Notes under the pieces: model-generated | The model's database searches: none | Told to the model about the DNA's origin: nothing | The model's input: the letters and a program-made list of their open reading frames with translations, nothing else | Translations under genes and position numbers: made by a program | NCBI RefSeq assembly: GCF_006345805.1 | Contig: NC_043012.1 | Location: forward strand, 9,176,001-9,240,000 | Direction: 5' to 3' | Length of the DNA: 64,000 nt | Origin: Octopus sinensis | Lineage: Eukaryota | In this document: piece by piece, positions 13,578-27,141 of the stretch | Layout of the letters: each line of letters begins with the position of its first letter | Numbering within the stretch: position 1 is the stretch's first letter

Positions 13578-14020
13578 CCTCACCTTCACCCCAAATACTG
13601 TCCTAAATAAAGAGCACGTGGTCCTGATTCTAAATATGGATGCACAAAAAGCAACGGATGCTCCTTCTTACATCCTAAACTGTGACCCAAATTTTGTGTC
13701 ACTAAGGATATATCTGAACCTAGAATGCAACTTACAACATCTGAAGGTACAAAACGAACGAAAAATAACAATAAACGACAGCAGATATTTTTATTAAATG
13801 GAATGATCAATCAAGTAGTTTTATTAGAATCCACCTAATTATTTCGGTAATTATCTTTTTATTACGTATAAAGGGAAATAAAGACGCTGCAAAAATACAT
13901 TTTAAAATTTATTGTTACTATTCGAGCTAAGAAGGACCATCCGTTGCTTTTTGTGCATCCATATTTAGAATCAGGACCACGTGCTCTTTATTTAGGACAG
14001 TATTTGGGGTGAAGGTGAGG
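13578..14020. repeat. 93-bp inverted repeats (13578-13670 / 13928-14020) around a 257-bp spacer
   Basis: Arms are reverse complements with one visible mismatch; the right arm abuts a family A SINE head. Confidence 0.9.
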
Positions 14021-14438
14021 CGCAGGAGTGGCTGTGTGGTAAGTAGCTTGCTAACCAACCACATGGTTCAGGGTTCAGTCCCACTGCGTGGCATCTTGGG
14101 CAAGTGTCTTCTGCTATAGCCCCGGGCCGACCAATGCCTTGTGAGTGGATTTGGTAGACGGAAACTGAAAGAAGCCTGTCGTATATATGTATATATATAT
14201 ATATGTATGTGTATGTGTATGTTTGTGTGTCTGTGTTTGTCCCCCTAGCATTGCTTGACAACCGATGCTGGTGTGTTTATGTCCCCGTTACTTAGCGGTT
14301 CGGCAAAAGAGACCGATAGAATAAGTACTGGGCTTACAAAGAATAAGTCCTGGCGTCGATTTGCTCGACTAAAGGCGGTGCTCCAGCATGGCCGCAGTCA
14401 AAATGACTGAAACAAGTAAAAGAGTAAAAGAGTAAAGA
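14019..14438 (+). mobile_element. SINE family A, full length
   Basis: ggcgcaggagtggctgtgtgg...gaaacaagtaaaagagtaaaagag. Confidence 0.92.
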
Positions 14439-14550
14439 GAGTATTACCGTTATGATGTCTTTTCGTGTCCTAATTAATAGCGGCAGAATTAGTGTTAATA
14501 GGATTAATATACGTAATGTTTTTATAGTCTGCTTCAAGTAAGACAGAGTT

Positions 14551-14840
14551 ATGCCGAACTGCTAAGTTACGGGGACGTAAACACCAGCATCGGTTGTCAA
14601 GCGATGTGGGGAGGACAGACACAGACACACAAACATACACACACATTCATATATATATATATATATATGCATATATACGACGGGCTTCTTTCAGTTTCCG
14701 TCTACCAAATCCACTCACAAGGCTTTGGTCGGCCCAAGGCTATAGTAGAAGACAATTTCCCAAGGTGCCACGCAGTGGGACTGAACCCGGAACCATGATG
14801 TTCGTAAGCAAGCTACTTACCACACAGCCACTCCTGCGCC
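14551..14840 (-). mobile_element. SINE family A, 3'-truncated
   Basis: Reverse complement of the family A head and middle. Confidence 0.88.
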
Positions 14841-15237
14841 TGTTGTTTTAAATTTGCCACAGAAAGTGATATACGTTTGTGGTGGCTAATGGTGGTGGGA
14901 CGCCTGAGTGCCAAGGGTCGGCAGCCCGAAAAAGTTTGGGAACCACCGTTTTAAGTTTTACCAGGTCGTGATTGCCAGTCAGTGGGTATTGCACAGACGG
15001 GTACAAATGTATGTAATAATCAATATGAAAGTTTGTGGAAGAGTTTGATAAACTCAGTTGGTGTGTGAAATGAAGAATCTAACGTAGCGGGGCTTTTGAG
15101 TTTTAAAGATAGAAAAATAGAGAAATATAATGTTGTAGGTAAGTATGTAAGAAGAAATCGAAATGAAGGAGCGATATGAGGCCGAAAGGGAATAAGAATG
15201 GGAAAATCAAAAGAGAATAGAAAGAGAGATTCCCATA

Positions 15238-15662
15238 GGCGCAAGAGTGGCTGTGTGGTAAGTAGCTTGCTAACCAACCACATGGTTCTGGGTTCAATCC
15301 CACTGCGTGGCATCTTGGGCAAGTGTCTTCTGCTATAGCCCCGGGCCGACCAATGCCTTGTGAGTGGATTTGGTAGACGGAAACTGAAAGAAGCCGTCGT
15401 ATAGATATATATATATATTATATATATATATTATGTGTGTGTGTGTGTTTGTGTGTCTGTGTTTGTCCCCCTAGCATTGCTTGACACCGATGCTGGTGTG
15501 GTTTACGTCCCCGTAACTTAGCGGTTCGGCAAAAAGGGACGATAGAATAAGTACTGGACTTACAAAGAATAAGTCCCGGGGTCGATTTGCTCGACTAAAG
15601 GCGGTGCTCCAGCATGGCCGCAGTCAAATGGCTGAAACAAGTAAAAGAGTAAAAGAGTAAAG
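15238..15662 (+). mobile_element. SINE family A, full length
   Basis: Same sequence as 14019-14438. Confidence 0.92.
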
Positions 15663-16498
15663 AGAGAGAGAGAGAGAGAGAGAGTAAGGTGGTGTGAGAG
15701 GATGATAGGGTTAGAGAAAAGCAAGAAGGAAGAAGGTAGTAACCTTCTCGTTTCGTTCTCCTCGCTGACCCTCTCACACCGCATCTCTCTTTCTCTCTCT
15801 CTCGGCTTCTCCTTTCTCTCCGATAGAACTCCTCCGTTTATTTCATTTCATTGACTTCAATAAAACAAGACGTTTTTTTTTTCTTTTCATACTCAAAGGT
15901 GACTGTCTGAAGCCTTCGATTATTCATTATTCATAATTCCCCGTAAATAAACCCGACTTCAGAGTAATTGCCGCTGAAGCTGAACATCAGCAGATTGCAT
16001 TCAGTGTATGTATGTGTGCCCTGCTTGAGTGTACGCGTCTGTTTGTGCGCGCGTAGATAAAACAGCGAAATGTTCCTATATGTATATGTATCTGGTGACG
16101 GTGGGTTTATTAAGTGTGTATAATACATTACATGTACCTGGCTATGTAGCAACAGCCGGCTTTAATGCCTTTATTATTATGAAAGAACTCTGTGATAACA
16201 GCAGGGTGGACATAAGTGTATGGACAATGTAATTTATAATATAAAATATATAAAATATAATATATAAAATATAATATATAAAATATAATATATAAAATAA
16301 AATATAATAGAATACAACTTGTAATTTAGTTACAAGCCAGGTTGCCACAGGAATAATGTCTCAATATCTTAACCACGTTAGATTCCCATATTGCTATCAT
16401 CACGTTTAATGGTGTTTAAAGCTGCGTACATTTTGGTTTTAGGTCCCATAAAGTATCAATAAAGCATCATAAAACTGAAAATAACAACATATATATAC

Positions 16499-16572
<74 letters not shown>

Positions 16573-16575
16573 TCT

Positions 16576-16693
16576 TATATAGAAGGGGCTTCTACAGGAC
16601 TAGAACTGTTTCATTCAGAGAAATCTTCAGGAAGCTTCCTGAAGATTTCTCTTGAATGAAACAGTTCTAGTCCTGTAGAAGCTCCTTCTATAT
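16576..16693. ncRNA. Head-to-head palindromic pair of type I hammerhead ribozymes
   Basis: Plus: AGCTTC-CTGAAGA-TTTCTCTTGAAT-GAAA-CAG(TTCTAGTC)CTG-TA-GAAGCT then AATAAA; mirror copy on the minus strand; centre GAAGCTTC at 16631-16638. Confidence 0.78.
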
Positions 16694-16763
16694 AATAAAT
16701 TAATTTTACTCTACTATGTATTGAGTACCTTATTTACTGTGGTTAACCCCGAATCAACCCGGG

Positions 16764-16846
<83 letters not shown>

Positions 16847-17043
16847 GTATATTATATATATGTATGTATTAAATTTAATATAAACAGCTAGGCGCAATAT
16901 AATACCATAAAGGAGAAAAATTTATCGCCACTAATTGTGACTGGGGGCTGAAACACCTATATTGCAAGAAATAGAGTTAAAAACTCTTGATGCGTAAGAA
17001 GCGTGCAATACACACACACACACACACACACACAACACACACA

Positions 17044-17077
<34 letters not shown>

Positions 17078-17144
17078 TATATTATATATATATATATATA
17101 TATTATATGTATATATACATACATACATATAATACACACACACA

Positions 17145-17189
<45 letters not shown>

Positions 17190-17198
17190 ATATATATA

Positions 17199-18033
17199 CA
17201 GAGATGCGATGGGTAAATTGCCGCCATTTTATATTTTAAATTTCGCGAATGCGCACTGTTTGTTTTTGATTTTGTCGACTACACAGTATAGTAGGGTCAG
17301 TTGGGCACCGTTTGTATGAAAAACAAAACAATGACGCAATTCTATCTGCCAGAAATTTGCAAATGATATGATGCACTGCTTTGCATTCGTGCCGGAATCT
17401 CCAATATGAACATTTCAGAGTGTTTGGGTGTCAATCTGAGGACATGTACCGAGAGTGATATAAAATCAAAACCTCCAGTCAACATCATGGTGATGGCCGC
17501 GTTATGCTTTTCATTCATCTTCCCACACGGATTGAACAGGGAAGCCTACATAAAGTTCCTGGAGGAGGTAGTGCTGCTCTGGGTCAAGAGGGTGGCTGCT
17601 GGAAGACCTTATGACTGGCAACAGGATTATGCACCATACCATACAATGAGAACCCAGTCATGGGTATGAGACAATTTCTACCACCACATCGCCCCTAAAA
17701 TCTGGTCGCCTAACTCCCCAGACTTCAACCCCCTTAATTATAATGTGTAGGGTGCAGGTGAGCGAGAAACCAACAAAACTTCTTGTAACACCAAAGATGA
17801 ACTGAAGGCAAGGATTATGGCAGCATTCACCAACTTAAATAAAGTGACCGCGTCAGAAGAGTTGCAGGAGATTCCGACGTCGTCTGGAGGCCGTGGTTAA
17901 AGCCAATGGCGATTTTACTTTGGTATTTCAGGATATTTTTATGTAATTTTGGTAAATATATCTTTTAAAATGAGGTGTCAGTGTTATTTTCATTTTTGCA
18001 TAATTTAGACGACAGTTTATTCACCGCACCCAA
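17199..18033 (+). mobile_element. Degenerate maT/DD37D-like Tc1/mariner transposon
   Basis: WQQDYAPYHT...WSPNSPDFNPL(N)Y...RRRLEAVVKANGDF with about 36-37 residue spacing; imperfect TIRs gatgcgatgggtaaattgccg / cgacagtttattcaccgcacc; TA flanks. Confidence 0.8.
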
Positions 18034-18038
18034 TATAC

Positions 18039-18731
18039 ATTCTTTTATTCTTTTACTTGTTTCAGTTATTTGACTGCGGCCATGCTGGAGCACTGGCTTT
18101 AGTCGAGCAAATCGACCTCAGGACTTATTCTTTGTAAGCCTAGTACTTATTCTATCTGTTCTTTTGCCGAACCGCTAGGTTACTGGGACGTAAACTCACC
18201 AGCATAGGTTGTTAAGCGATGGTGGTGGGACAAACACACACAAACAAATACACACGCATACACACACAGACAGACAGACACACACATATATATATATATA
18301 TACACATGAATATATGAGTGGGTGTGTGGTAAGAAACTTGCTTCCTAACCACACGTTACCGGATTGAATCCTACTGCTTGACACCTTGGGTTAATGTCTT
18401 CTAATATAGCCTGGGGCCAACCAAAGCCTTGTGAGTGGGTTTGGAAGAGGGAAACTAAAAGAAGCCCGTCGTGTATATATATATGTGTGTGTGTCTGTGT
18501 GTATGTGTGTGTGTGTGTGTGCTTGCATGTCTGAGTTTCTCCCCCCCACCATCGCTTTGACAACCGATGTTGGTGTGTTTACGTTCCCGTAACTTGGCGG
18601 TTTGGCAAAAAATACCGACAGAAGAAGCACTAGGCCAACAAAGAATAAGTCCTGTGGTCGATTTATTTGACTAAACGCAGTGCTGCAGCATGGCCGCACT
18701 CAAATGACAGAAACAAGTAAACGAGTAAAAA
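18039..18731. mobile_element. Two family A SINEs (minus 3' half 18039-18300; plus diverged full 18312-18731)
   Basis: Sequence match to family A. Confidence 0.85.
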
Positions 18732-19343
18732 TAGTATATATATGTGCGTGTGTGTGTGTGTGGTGTGTGTGTGTGTGTGTGTGTGTGTGGTGTGTCTATG
18801 AACGCCTGCCTGCTAGTATATATACTGTGTGCCTGTACGTCTCTATTATATGTGCACCTCTATACGTGTGTGTGCGTCTTTGAGCGTGTAGTTGGACGTT
18901 TGTGTATATGTGAGTACATGCATTTTTAACTGTACGTATATATGCGTATGCTTTCCCTGTTTATCTGTGCATGTATATATGTGGGTGTGCGTGCGTGCGT
19001 GCGTGTTTGTATATATAGGTATATATAGTAGTCAAATGGTGTATGTATGTGTGCATGTGTATCGCTCTATATATTTATACGTTTGTATACTAGTCAGCTG
19101 TTATGAACAATTTAATTGAAATAAAAAGACTATATTAAACTGTAGCAAAAACAATAACATAAACACCTTCATCATTAACCTCCTCCTCCTCCTCCTCCTC
19201 CTTCTCCTCCTCCTCCTCCTCCTCATCATCATCATCATCATTATCATCATCATCATTATCATCATCATCATCATATCCACCACCACTACTACCCCACCAC
19301 CACCACCACCACCACCACCACCACCACCACCACCACCACTACC

Positions 19344-19375
<32 letters not shown>

Positions 19376-20037
19376 CGGTATAAAATAAGGATGAATAAGA
19401 AAAAAGGCGATGGTGGATCGGAGTGGAAGTTATGCTTCAATGTTTCTTAGATTTTTGTTGGTGGGCGGTATGAGAGGAGAGTCTTGGCAGAGAAAATAGT
19501 AACAGGTTTTTGTATCAAAAATCCACACGAAACTGGAAGCTTGCATTTTTATTCGGTACAGAAACAATCAATATTGCCACTAATCTAATATATAATACTC
19601 ACCGAAATTAAAGAACCGCAATATACGTACTTAGTGCCTCACTAATATCACAAACGCAGCAAAACAGCTGTTAGGTATATTAAATTCATGATAGCAACAG
19701 CAGAGCCATATTAAATTAGACCAAAATGTCTTTATTGAGTTGTCGCAAACTGCTTAAATCTTCACGTATCTTCCTCTCCCTCTCTCTCTCTCTATCTCTC
19801 TCTCTCTCTACACACATACACCTGCACCACACACATACATACACGAACACACTCATATGTAGGTATATACAAACATATATACAGCAGCACTCTTAGTTTT
19901 ACCCTGTTTTACATTCTTATTTTCCTCACTCCGCGGTTTATATACACACAAAGAATGTAAATATATCTTTAAATAGAAACATACCCACACCACACATAGA
20001 CGCAAACGTAGATACATGCATATATATCTATACATAA

Positions 20038-20140
20038 ATAAGTACCAGTTTCGCACTGGGGTCGGTGTAATCGACTTAATCCCTTTGTCTGTCCTTGTTT
20101 GTCCCCTCTATGCTTAGCCCCTTATAGGAAATAAAGAAAT
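20038..20140 (+). mobile_element. SINE family C, 3' fragment
   Basis: aagtaccagtttcgcactggggtc...ttagccccttataggaaataaagaaat. Confidence 0.8.
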
Positions 20141-21230
20141 ATATATATCTATACACACATTTATGCATGCTTACCCACACAAGTGTACATACGAACACAT
20201 ACACACAAATACACGCACATATATACACACATACATACGCATAAACATACATATACATATACACATACATTACCGAACGTGAGAAATTTCACATCAGTCT
20301 CTCTCAATGCGTGGATTATTTCTCCGGTACCCGATACAGAATGGTACAGGTACCTAGTGCCGGATACATCCTGTAACGGCATTTGTAAAAAGGTACCCTT
20401 AACTAGTGGACATTGAAGCGGATTTAAAAATCTGATTTTGACAGCTCTCTTGTATATCCTAAACCTCTGACCAATAATTATATTTGTTGCTCTTGTACCC
20501 TTATCAGCATCTAGATTATTCGATGAGACACTATTTGAATGCTGAGCCGTTGATGTTAATCACGAACACTATTAACTATCATCCAAAATCTTCGTATCAT
20601 TAGTGGCTTTGACAGAAACAAAAGGGACAGATATTAACCATCATTATAAATGATTTTCAATGTCTTCGTATCTCTTCTTTAAACAACAGCCAGTCATCAC
20701 TTATTTCCATAAAATGACAATTGTAATTCTGATATAATTTTGAAACCCGTTTAAAAATGGAATTTGCTCTGATGAAACCTAAAAGAAGCTGAAATGTGTA
20801 TTCAATTGCATTAAGCAAAAAAGTACAAAGTGGTTTAGTTACGTTATAATATTTTTTCCCTATGTGTATGAAATAAATTGCAAGGAAGAAAATGAACTTT
20901 GTTATTAAAAATTAAGGAAGTACATAAAGAACATACACACTATGAACATAATTTTATAGATAAAAGGGAAAATGAAAACATCGGCGTTGAACTAATGAGT
21001 AGTCTCCAAATACTATATATGCATTATAACTTTAGAGATTTATCTGTGATTATCAGCCTACTTGGTCATGTGACTAATTGTCTCAGTGTTAGTTAGGTGA
21101 AGCTGAGTGTCACATGATCAGAAAGGACGCAGCTAATTTTTGAAAATTAAAATGAAATGCTATTAAAATGATCACACGTAAAACATTCCAGAAGTTTAGC
21201 TCGTGACAGATACATATTTATACGGACATA

Positions 21231-21283
<53 letters not shown>

Positions 21284-21514
21284 CACACACATACACACAC
21301 AGACACACATCATGAACTATTAATCCCTAAACTATTTTCTTCGTTTTTCTTTCGTTCTCTCTCCCCTTTTCCCCCTCTTAATCCTTTCTTTCGAAGAGTG
21401 TAGGCTCCAAACGTCAAAAACTTTTCCATTCTTCCCAAGTATTAACCTAATACACCTGCTTGTTGCTCGTTCACCTGCCTTTTGTTTTCTGAAAATAAGA
21501 AATACATACATACA

Positions 21515-21557
<43 letters not shown>

Positions 21558-21668
21558 GTATGTGTATATATATATATATACACACAAACATACATAGATA
21601 TATATATATACATACATATATACATATATATGTTTCCATATACATATATATGTATGTATGTTTGGGTG

Positions 21669-21706
<38 letters not shown>

Positions 21707-21779
21707 AACATACATACATATATATGTATATGGAAACATATATATGTATATATGTATATATATAGATATATACATACAC

Positions 21780-21813
<34 letters not shown>

Positions 21814-22184
21814 AATACACACACACACACATATATATATATATAAATATATATATGCATATATAAATATATATATACATATATACATATATACATACAC
21901 ACACATATATATGTATATAGAAGCAAAATATCAAAAAATATAAAAAACAAAACAAGTCAAAAGGACTTGTGGACAGTAAATGTATTAGGTTGGGGCTCAG
22001 TTTAAGTTCTAAACAGAAGATGTGTGTGACGTATCGAGCAAGGGTCTTCCTCAGAATGCGGAATGGTCTAGAAGAGAAGGAAAAGAATAGGCCGAGAAAA
22101 TGTACGTGTGAGGCTTCATGGCTGAAGTCGCACATATACAGAGAGACAGACGGACACACACACACACGCGCACACCCACACGCG

Positions 22185-22225
<41 letters not shown>

Positions 22226-22514
22226 GTGTGTGTGTTTGTGCGTGGTGCAATGTTTACGAAAAATACAAATAAACGACAACACACACAAAAAAAGAGGTAG
22301 AAAACTTAATGTAGAGTTGGTATTACTTTGACGCTCATAAAATGGGGTGAAAAAGAAAGGAAATGGATTAACGTTTCGAATATTCACTTTTCTGCCAAAT
22401 GATTGGATAATCAACGAGAGATTAGACGGAAAAAGAACATTGGCGAAATGCACGTATGCCCTATTGTTACGGCATGTTGAATATCCGATGTGAGTGTGTG
22501 TATATATATATATA

Positions 22515-22911
<397 letters not shown>

Positions 22912-22973
22912 GTGTGTGTTGTGTGTGTGTGTGTGCGTGTGTGTGTGTGTGTGTTTGGAGGCGCAATGGCCCA

Positions 22974-23233
22974 GTCGGTATCTTTTGCCGATCCGGTGTG
23001 TTACAGGGATGTAAACAGACCAACATCAGTTGTCAAGCGATGGTGGTGGGACAAACACAGATACACAAACACACACACATATACGACGGGCTTCTTTCAG
23101 TTTCCGTCTGCCAAATTCACTCACAAGGTTTTGGTTGGACCGAGACTATAGTAGAAGACATTTGCCCAAGGTGCCACGCAGTGGAACTGAACCCGGAACA
23201 ATGTGGTTGGTAAGGAAGCTACTTACCACACAG
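22974..23233 (-). mobile_element. SINE family A, partial
   Basis: Reverse complement of the family A middle and head. Confidence 0.85.
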
Positions 23234-23791
23234 TGACATGCATGTGTAAGAGAGTGAAAAAGAGAGAGATAGTGTGTGCTTGTGTTTGTGTGTCTCTGTG
23301 TGCACGTGTGTGTGTGCGTGTGTGTGTGTGCATAGTTATAGTGTAGTACGATCTGAAAGAGCCTGGTACAGGAAGTTAGTAAGCATCAAGCATATACACA
23401 ATTTCGTTTTTATGAAAACAAGCAGAAAATATACGATAAAGAAAATTTAATAATAAGCGTATGTTATACACTTCGTCCTATATATCGAAATCGATACATC
23501 TATAATGCCTGGCCTACTGTTTTTCCCCTCTGGCGCTGGTAGTCTAACTACAATTAAGCTAACTGGATATTTGACTTAGCGTTTTCCACCTACCAATTTA
23601 CTGTGAACAAATTAGTGACTCATTTATCCTTCTCTGTACGACGATGTAAACAACTGTAGGTAATTGGACCTGAGGCTTAGCTAAACCGTTTTTATCTGTG
23701 TTATAAATAATTTAAAATGCATGAAGTTTAGCTTTGAAACACATGTAGTTTTTATTTATCTTTTGATATGCCTTATTCCCTACATTCTTTG

Positions 23792-23837
<46 letters not shown>

Positions 23838-24790
23838 AAGTTATATTATTTTCCACGAGTAGAAATATAGGAGAAAAAGAAGTTGAAAAGGCACCGAGAA
23901 TAGTTAAAATATTTTTTATTAATCTATTTAAAGTTTTAACCGCCTTAAAGTGTTTTAGTTGAAGAAATCGACACTAGGACTTATTCTTTTTGCAAGTCTA
24001 GTACTTATCTTTTGCAAGTCTAGTATGGATATGTGTATGAATATAATCCTCATGTGTTAAGTGTATACGTTTTTTCTATCACTTATAATTTTATAATAAT
24101 TTTCTCCTTCATATATTCGTTTTTGTTCCTACTTTTTTTCTGATTGTCTCCCGTACCCCTAGCTAGTTTTTGAGTAAGGTAACTCTCTCGAATACATCGG
24201 CCGGACTTGTCTGTGATCGATGTATTTTCCTTTTTAAGTTCTCTTTGTTTTTTCTCTGCTTGTATTCGTTTTTCTTGTTTCAGCTCAGAGCTGCGGCCAT
24301 GCTGATGCACCGTACATTTTTACTTAAATATGGTAACTTTTTTCAAACATGGTCTTGCCTATCACTTTTAGCCTCGTGTAATATATATATATATATTTTG
24401 GTTTTTCCATATTAATATGTATATGTATAACTCTCTATGGTTTTTCTGCTAGTGCTCCTGTTACGTTATTTTCTACTAATACATACGTGGCCCTGTTTAC
24501 ATTATACTTCGTCTCAACCTGTTGCAATTTTTAAAACATATTCGTTAGATTTTTATTCTAATTTTTATGTTATAGTTTACTGCACATATAGACGTCCATA
24601 CACATTGATATGTCTGTCTGTTTTCGCTTTCATCTCTCTCACTATTATTATTACTGTTATTTTTCCCCTTTACAACTTGCTTGTAAATATCTGATTTTTC
24701 CCTATTACCCCTTTTGTATTTCCCCTTATTATATCTTATTTTAATTTACTTTATTTTATTAAACCTTTTTTGATGTCCTTCCAAAAATCC

Positions 24791-24897
24791 TTCAAACTGA
24801 TGAGAATGACAATGCATAAATATAATTATAATTACTATGATTATAATTTTTTTCTAACATATTTGTATTGTCCTTTGAAACGCACGTATGCATTGAA
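24791..24897 (+). ncRNA. Hammerhead-like motif with long stem II (stem I degenerate)
   Basis: TTCAAA-CTGATGA-GAATGACAATGCA...TGTATTGTCCTTT-GAAA-CGCACG-TA-TGCATTGAA. Confidence 0.55.
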
Positions 24898-24997
24898 TCC
24901 TATTTTGTATTAAATCTAATTTTGATGCAACATCCTTTTCCTTCTCCATAGTTTTATAATTGTTTATGGTATATGTATACCTATAACGATATTTTTC

Positions 24998-25062
<65 letters not shown>

Positions 25063-25697
25063 CGGAGAGAGTGAGTGAGAGGATATTTCATCTACTAACT
25101 AGAGCTGTTAAGTGCCATCTCGAGTTTATTATATGTTGTTAGACATGCTTTATTTTTATTGTGATTTCCCTTCGTTTTATTATCCTTTTATGAAAATTCT
25201 ACTCAGTTGTCAATCAAAACGTTCTCTTACTAACTTAGAATTCAGTTTTATCCGCTTCAAACAACTTTCTTTAAAATATTTCTCTAGTTATTTTCTAATT
25301 AGATGCCAGCCGAGTCTCCAAATATTTGCTGTCATTGTGTTATGTATGCCAAACGTCTCAACAGATGGCGCCGCTCTGTTTACTGCTTAGTCTCTGCAAC
25401 ATAACTCAGGTGTTGTTTCACTTTCTATTTTATTTTATTTTATTTTTTGCCTTTTTTCTCTTCTCTACGTTTTGTCGTTTTTCAAAGTGGTTTCACATGC
25501 AAAGTTAAATAACTTCAAATGTAAAGTCACAGATAACACTTAAGAAGGCATATCTCTCTACATACACATTTATACGTGCTTACGCATGTACACACACACA
25601 CGTGCGCGCACACATGCACATACACACCCACACACAATATATATATGCCTACACAGACACAGACACAGACGAACGTATATATATATATATATATATA

Positions 25698-25731
<34 letters not shown>

Positions 25732-26758
25732 CGTACGTACATACATACATACATACATATATATATATATATATTATATATATATATATATATCTATATA
25801 TATATATATATAAATAAATGCACACATACGCAAATAATCGTATCTTTTATCTTTTAACTTTTACTTGCTTCAGTCATTAGTTGTGGCCATGCCTGGGGCA
25901 CCGTCTTGAAGAATTTTTAGTCGAATGAGAATTATGTTGTGGGTCCTTGGAATACTCAGCCACTTACACGTTAATGCGGGTGTAGGTAATTCTCTGTCCT
26001 ACTCGTCGCATGATGGGGATCATCCACGACGACGACGACGACCACCACCACCACCACCAGCAGCTGCACCACCACCACCACCACCACCACCGTTAGAAGA
26101 ATAGCAGGAAATATGATGGGGAATATATATAACAATTCCTTTGATCTCTATTTCGTTGTATTTTTCAATAGTAAACCGTATAATATTTCATTTGCCACTA
26201 AGGATAATGAATAAGATATCTAGGTACTCTAGAATTCAAGAGTGGGAAAACGTTTCCTGTGTCTGTTAGTAACCTTGCGAGATTAGTGATTCTGTTTTTC
26301 ACCTCATGAGATACCCATTTGCCTATACACAGTCGGCAGTTTGTGTCATTTCTCTAGAGTTCACGTATTTATTATGAAAGTAGTCACGCTATCTAATGGT
26401 ATCTCGGTGTTGGTGCACCTTGACTACTCAAGGATGTGCAGGTTAAAATGGAAACAGTTGCACACAATGTTGCAGCAGAGGAGCAACCAGGAATAATGAT
26501 GTGGATGAGACCCTTCCACTTAGAGTGTTAGGAGTTAAAGGTCGAAACACTTGCGAGAGTTTAACACCTAAAGTATGAACAAAGTTATCCCAATATCCGC
26601 CGGTCCTTTCAGCAGGTTCTCTAGCAATAAACATGTGATCGGCCTCTAGTTATTAAATTCACTTCTCTTTGTCTTATATTTCAACATAAAACCGTTCCTT
26701 CGTTTTCCCTAGTTTCTTAACTAACCAGTAAGCATCTTTATAGCAACACCTATAGATA

Positions 26759-27141
26759 GTAGGAGCACTCCGTCAGTTGCGACGATGAGGGTCCCAGCTG
26801 ATACGATCAACGGAACAGCTTGCTCGTGATATTAACGTGCAAGTGGCTGAGCACTCCACAGACACGTGTACCCTTAACGTAGTTCTCGAGGAGATTCAGC
26901 GTGACACAGATTGTGACAAGGCTGGCCCTTTGAAATACAAGTACAAGAGAAACAGGAAGAAAGAGTGAGAGAAATTTGTGGTGAAAGAGTACAGCAGGGT
27001 TCACCACCACACCCTCCCGGAGCCTCGTGGAGCTTTAGGTGTTTTCGCTCAATAAACACTCACAATGCCCGGTCTGGGAATCGAAACCGCGATCCTCCGA
27101 CCACGAGTCCGCTGCCCTAACCACTGGGCCATTGCGCCTCC
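26759..27141 (-). mobile_element. SINE family B, tail type 1, with TSD
   Basis: TSD ACACCTATAGATA at 26746-26758 and 27142-27154. Confidence 0.92.

Noticed and set aside
14915-14948. hAT/Charlie-like terminus (rc CGGTGGTTCCCAAACTTTT)
   Set aside because: Single end only; no partner TIR or TSD found.
20761-20808. CTGATGA...GAAA-TGTG-TA hammerhead ghost
   Set aside because: Stems I and II do not pair convincingly.
24800-24880. SECIS element overlapping the hammerhead (ATGA...AAA...GA)
   Set aside because: The AA-to-GA distance is about 60 nt, too long for a canonical SECIS; the GA pairs are explained by the HHR core.
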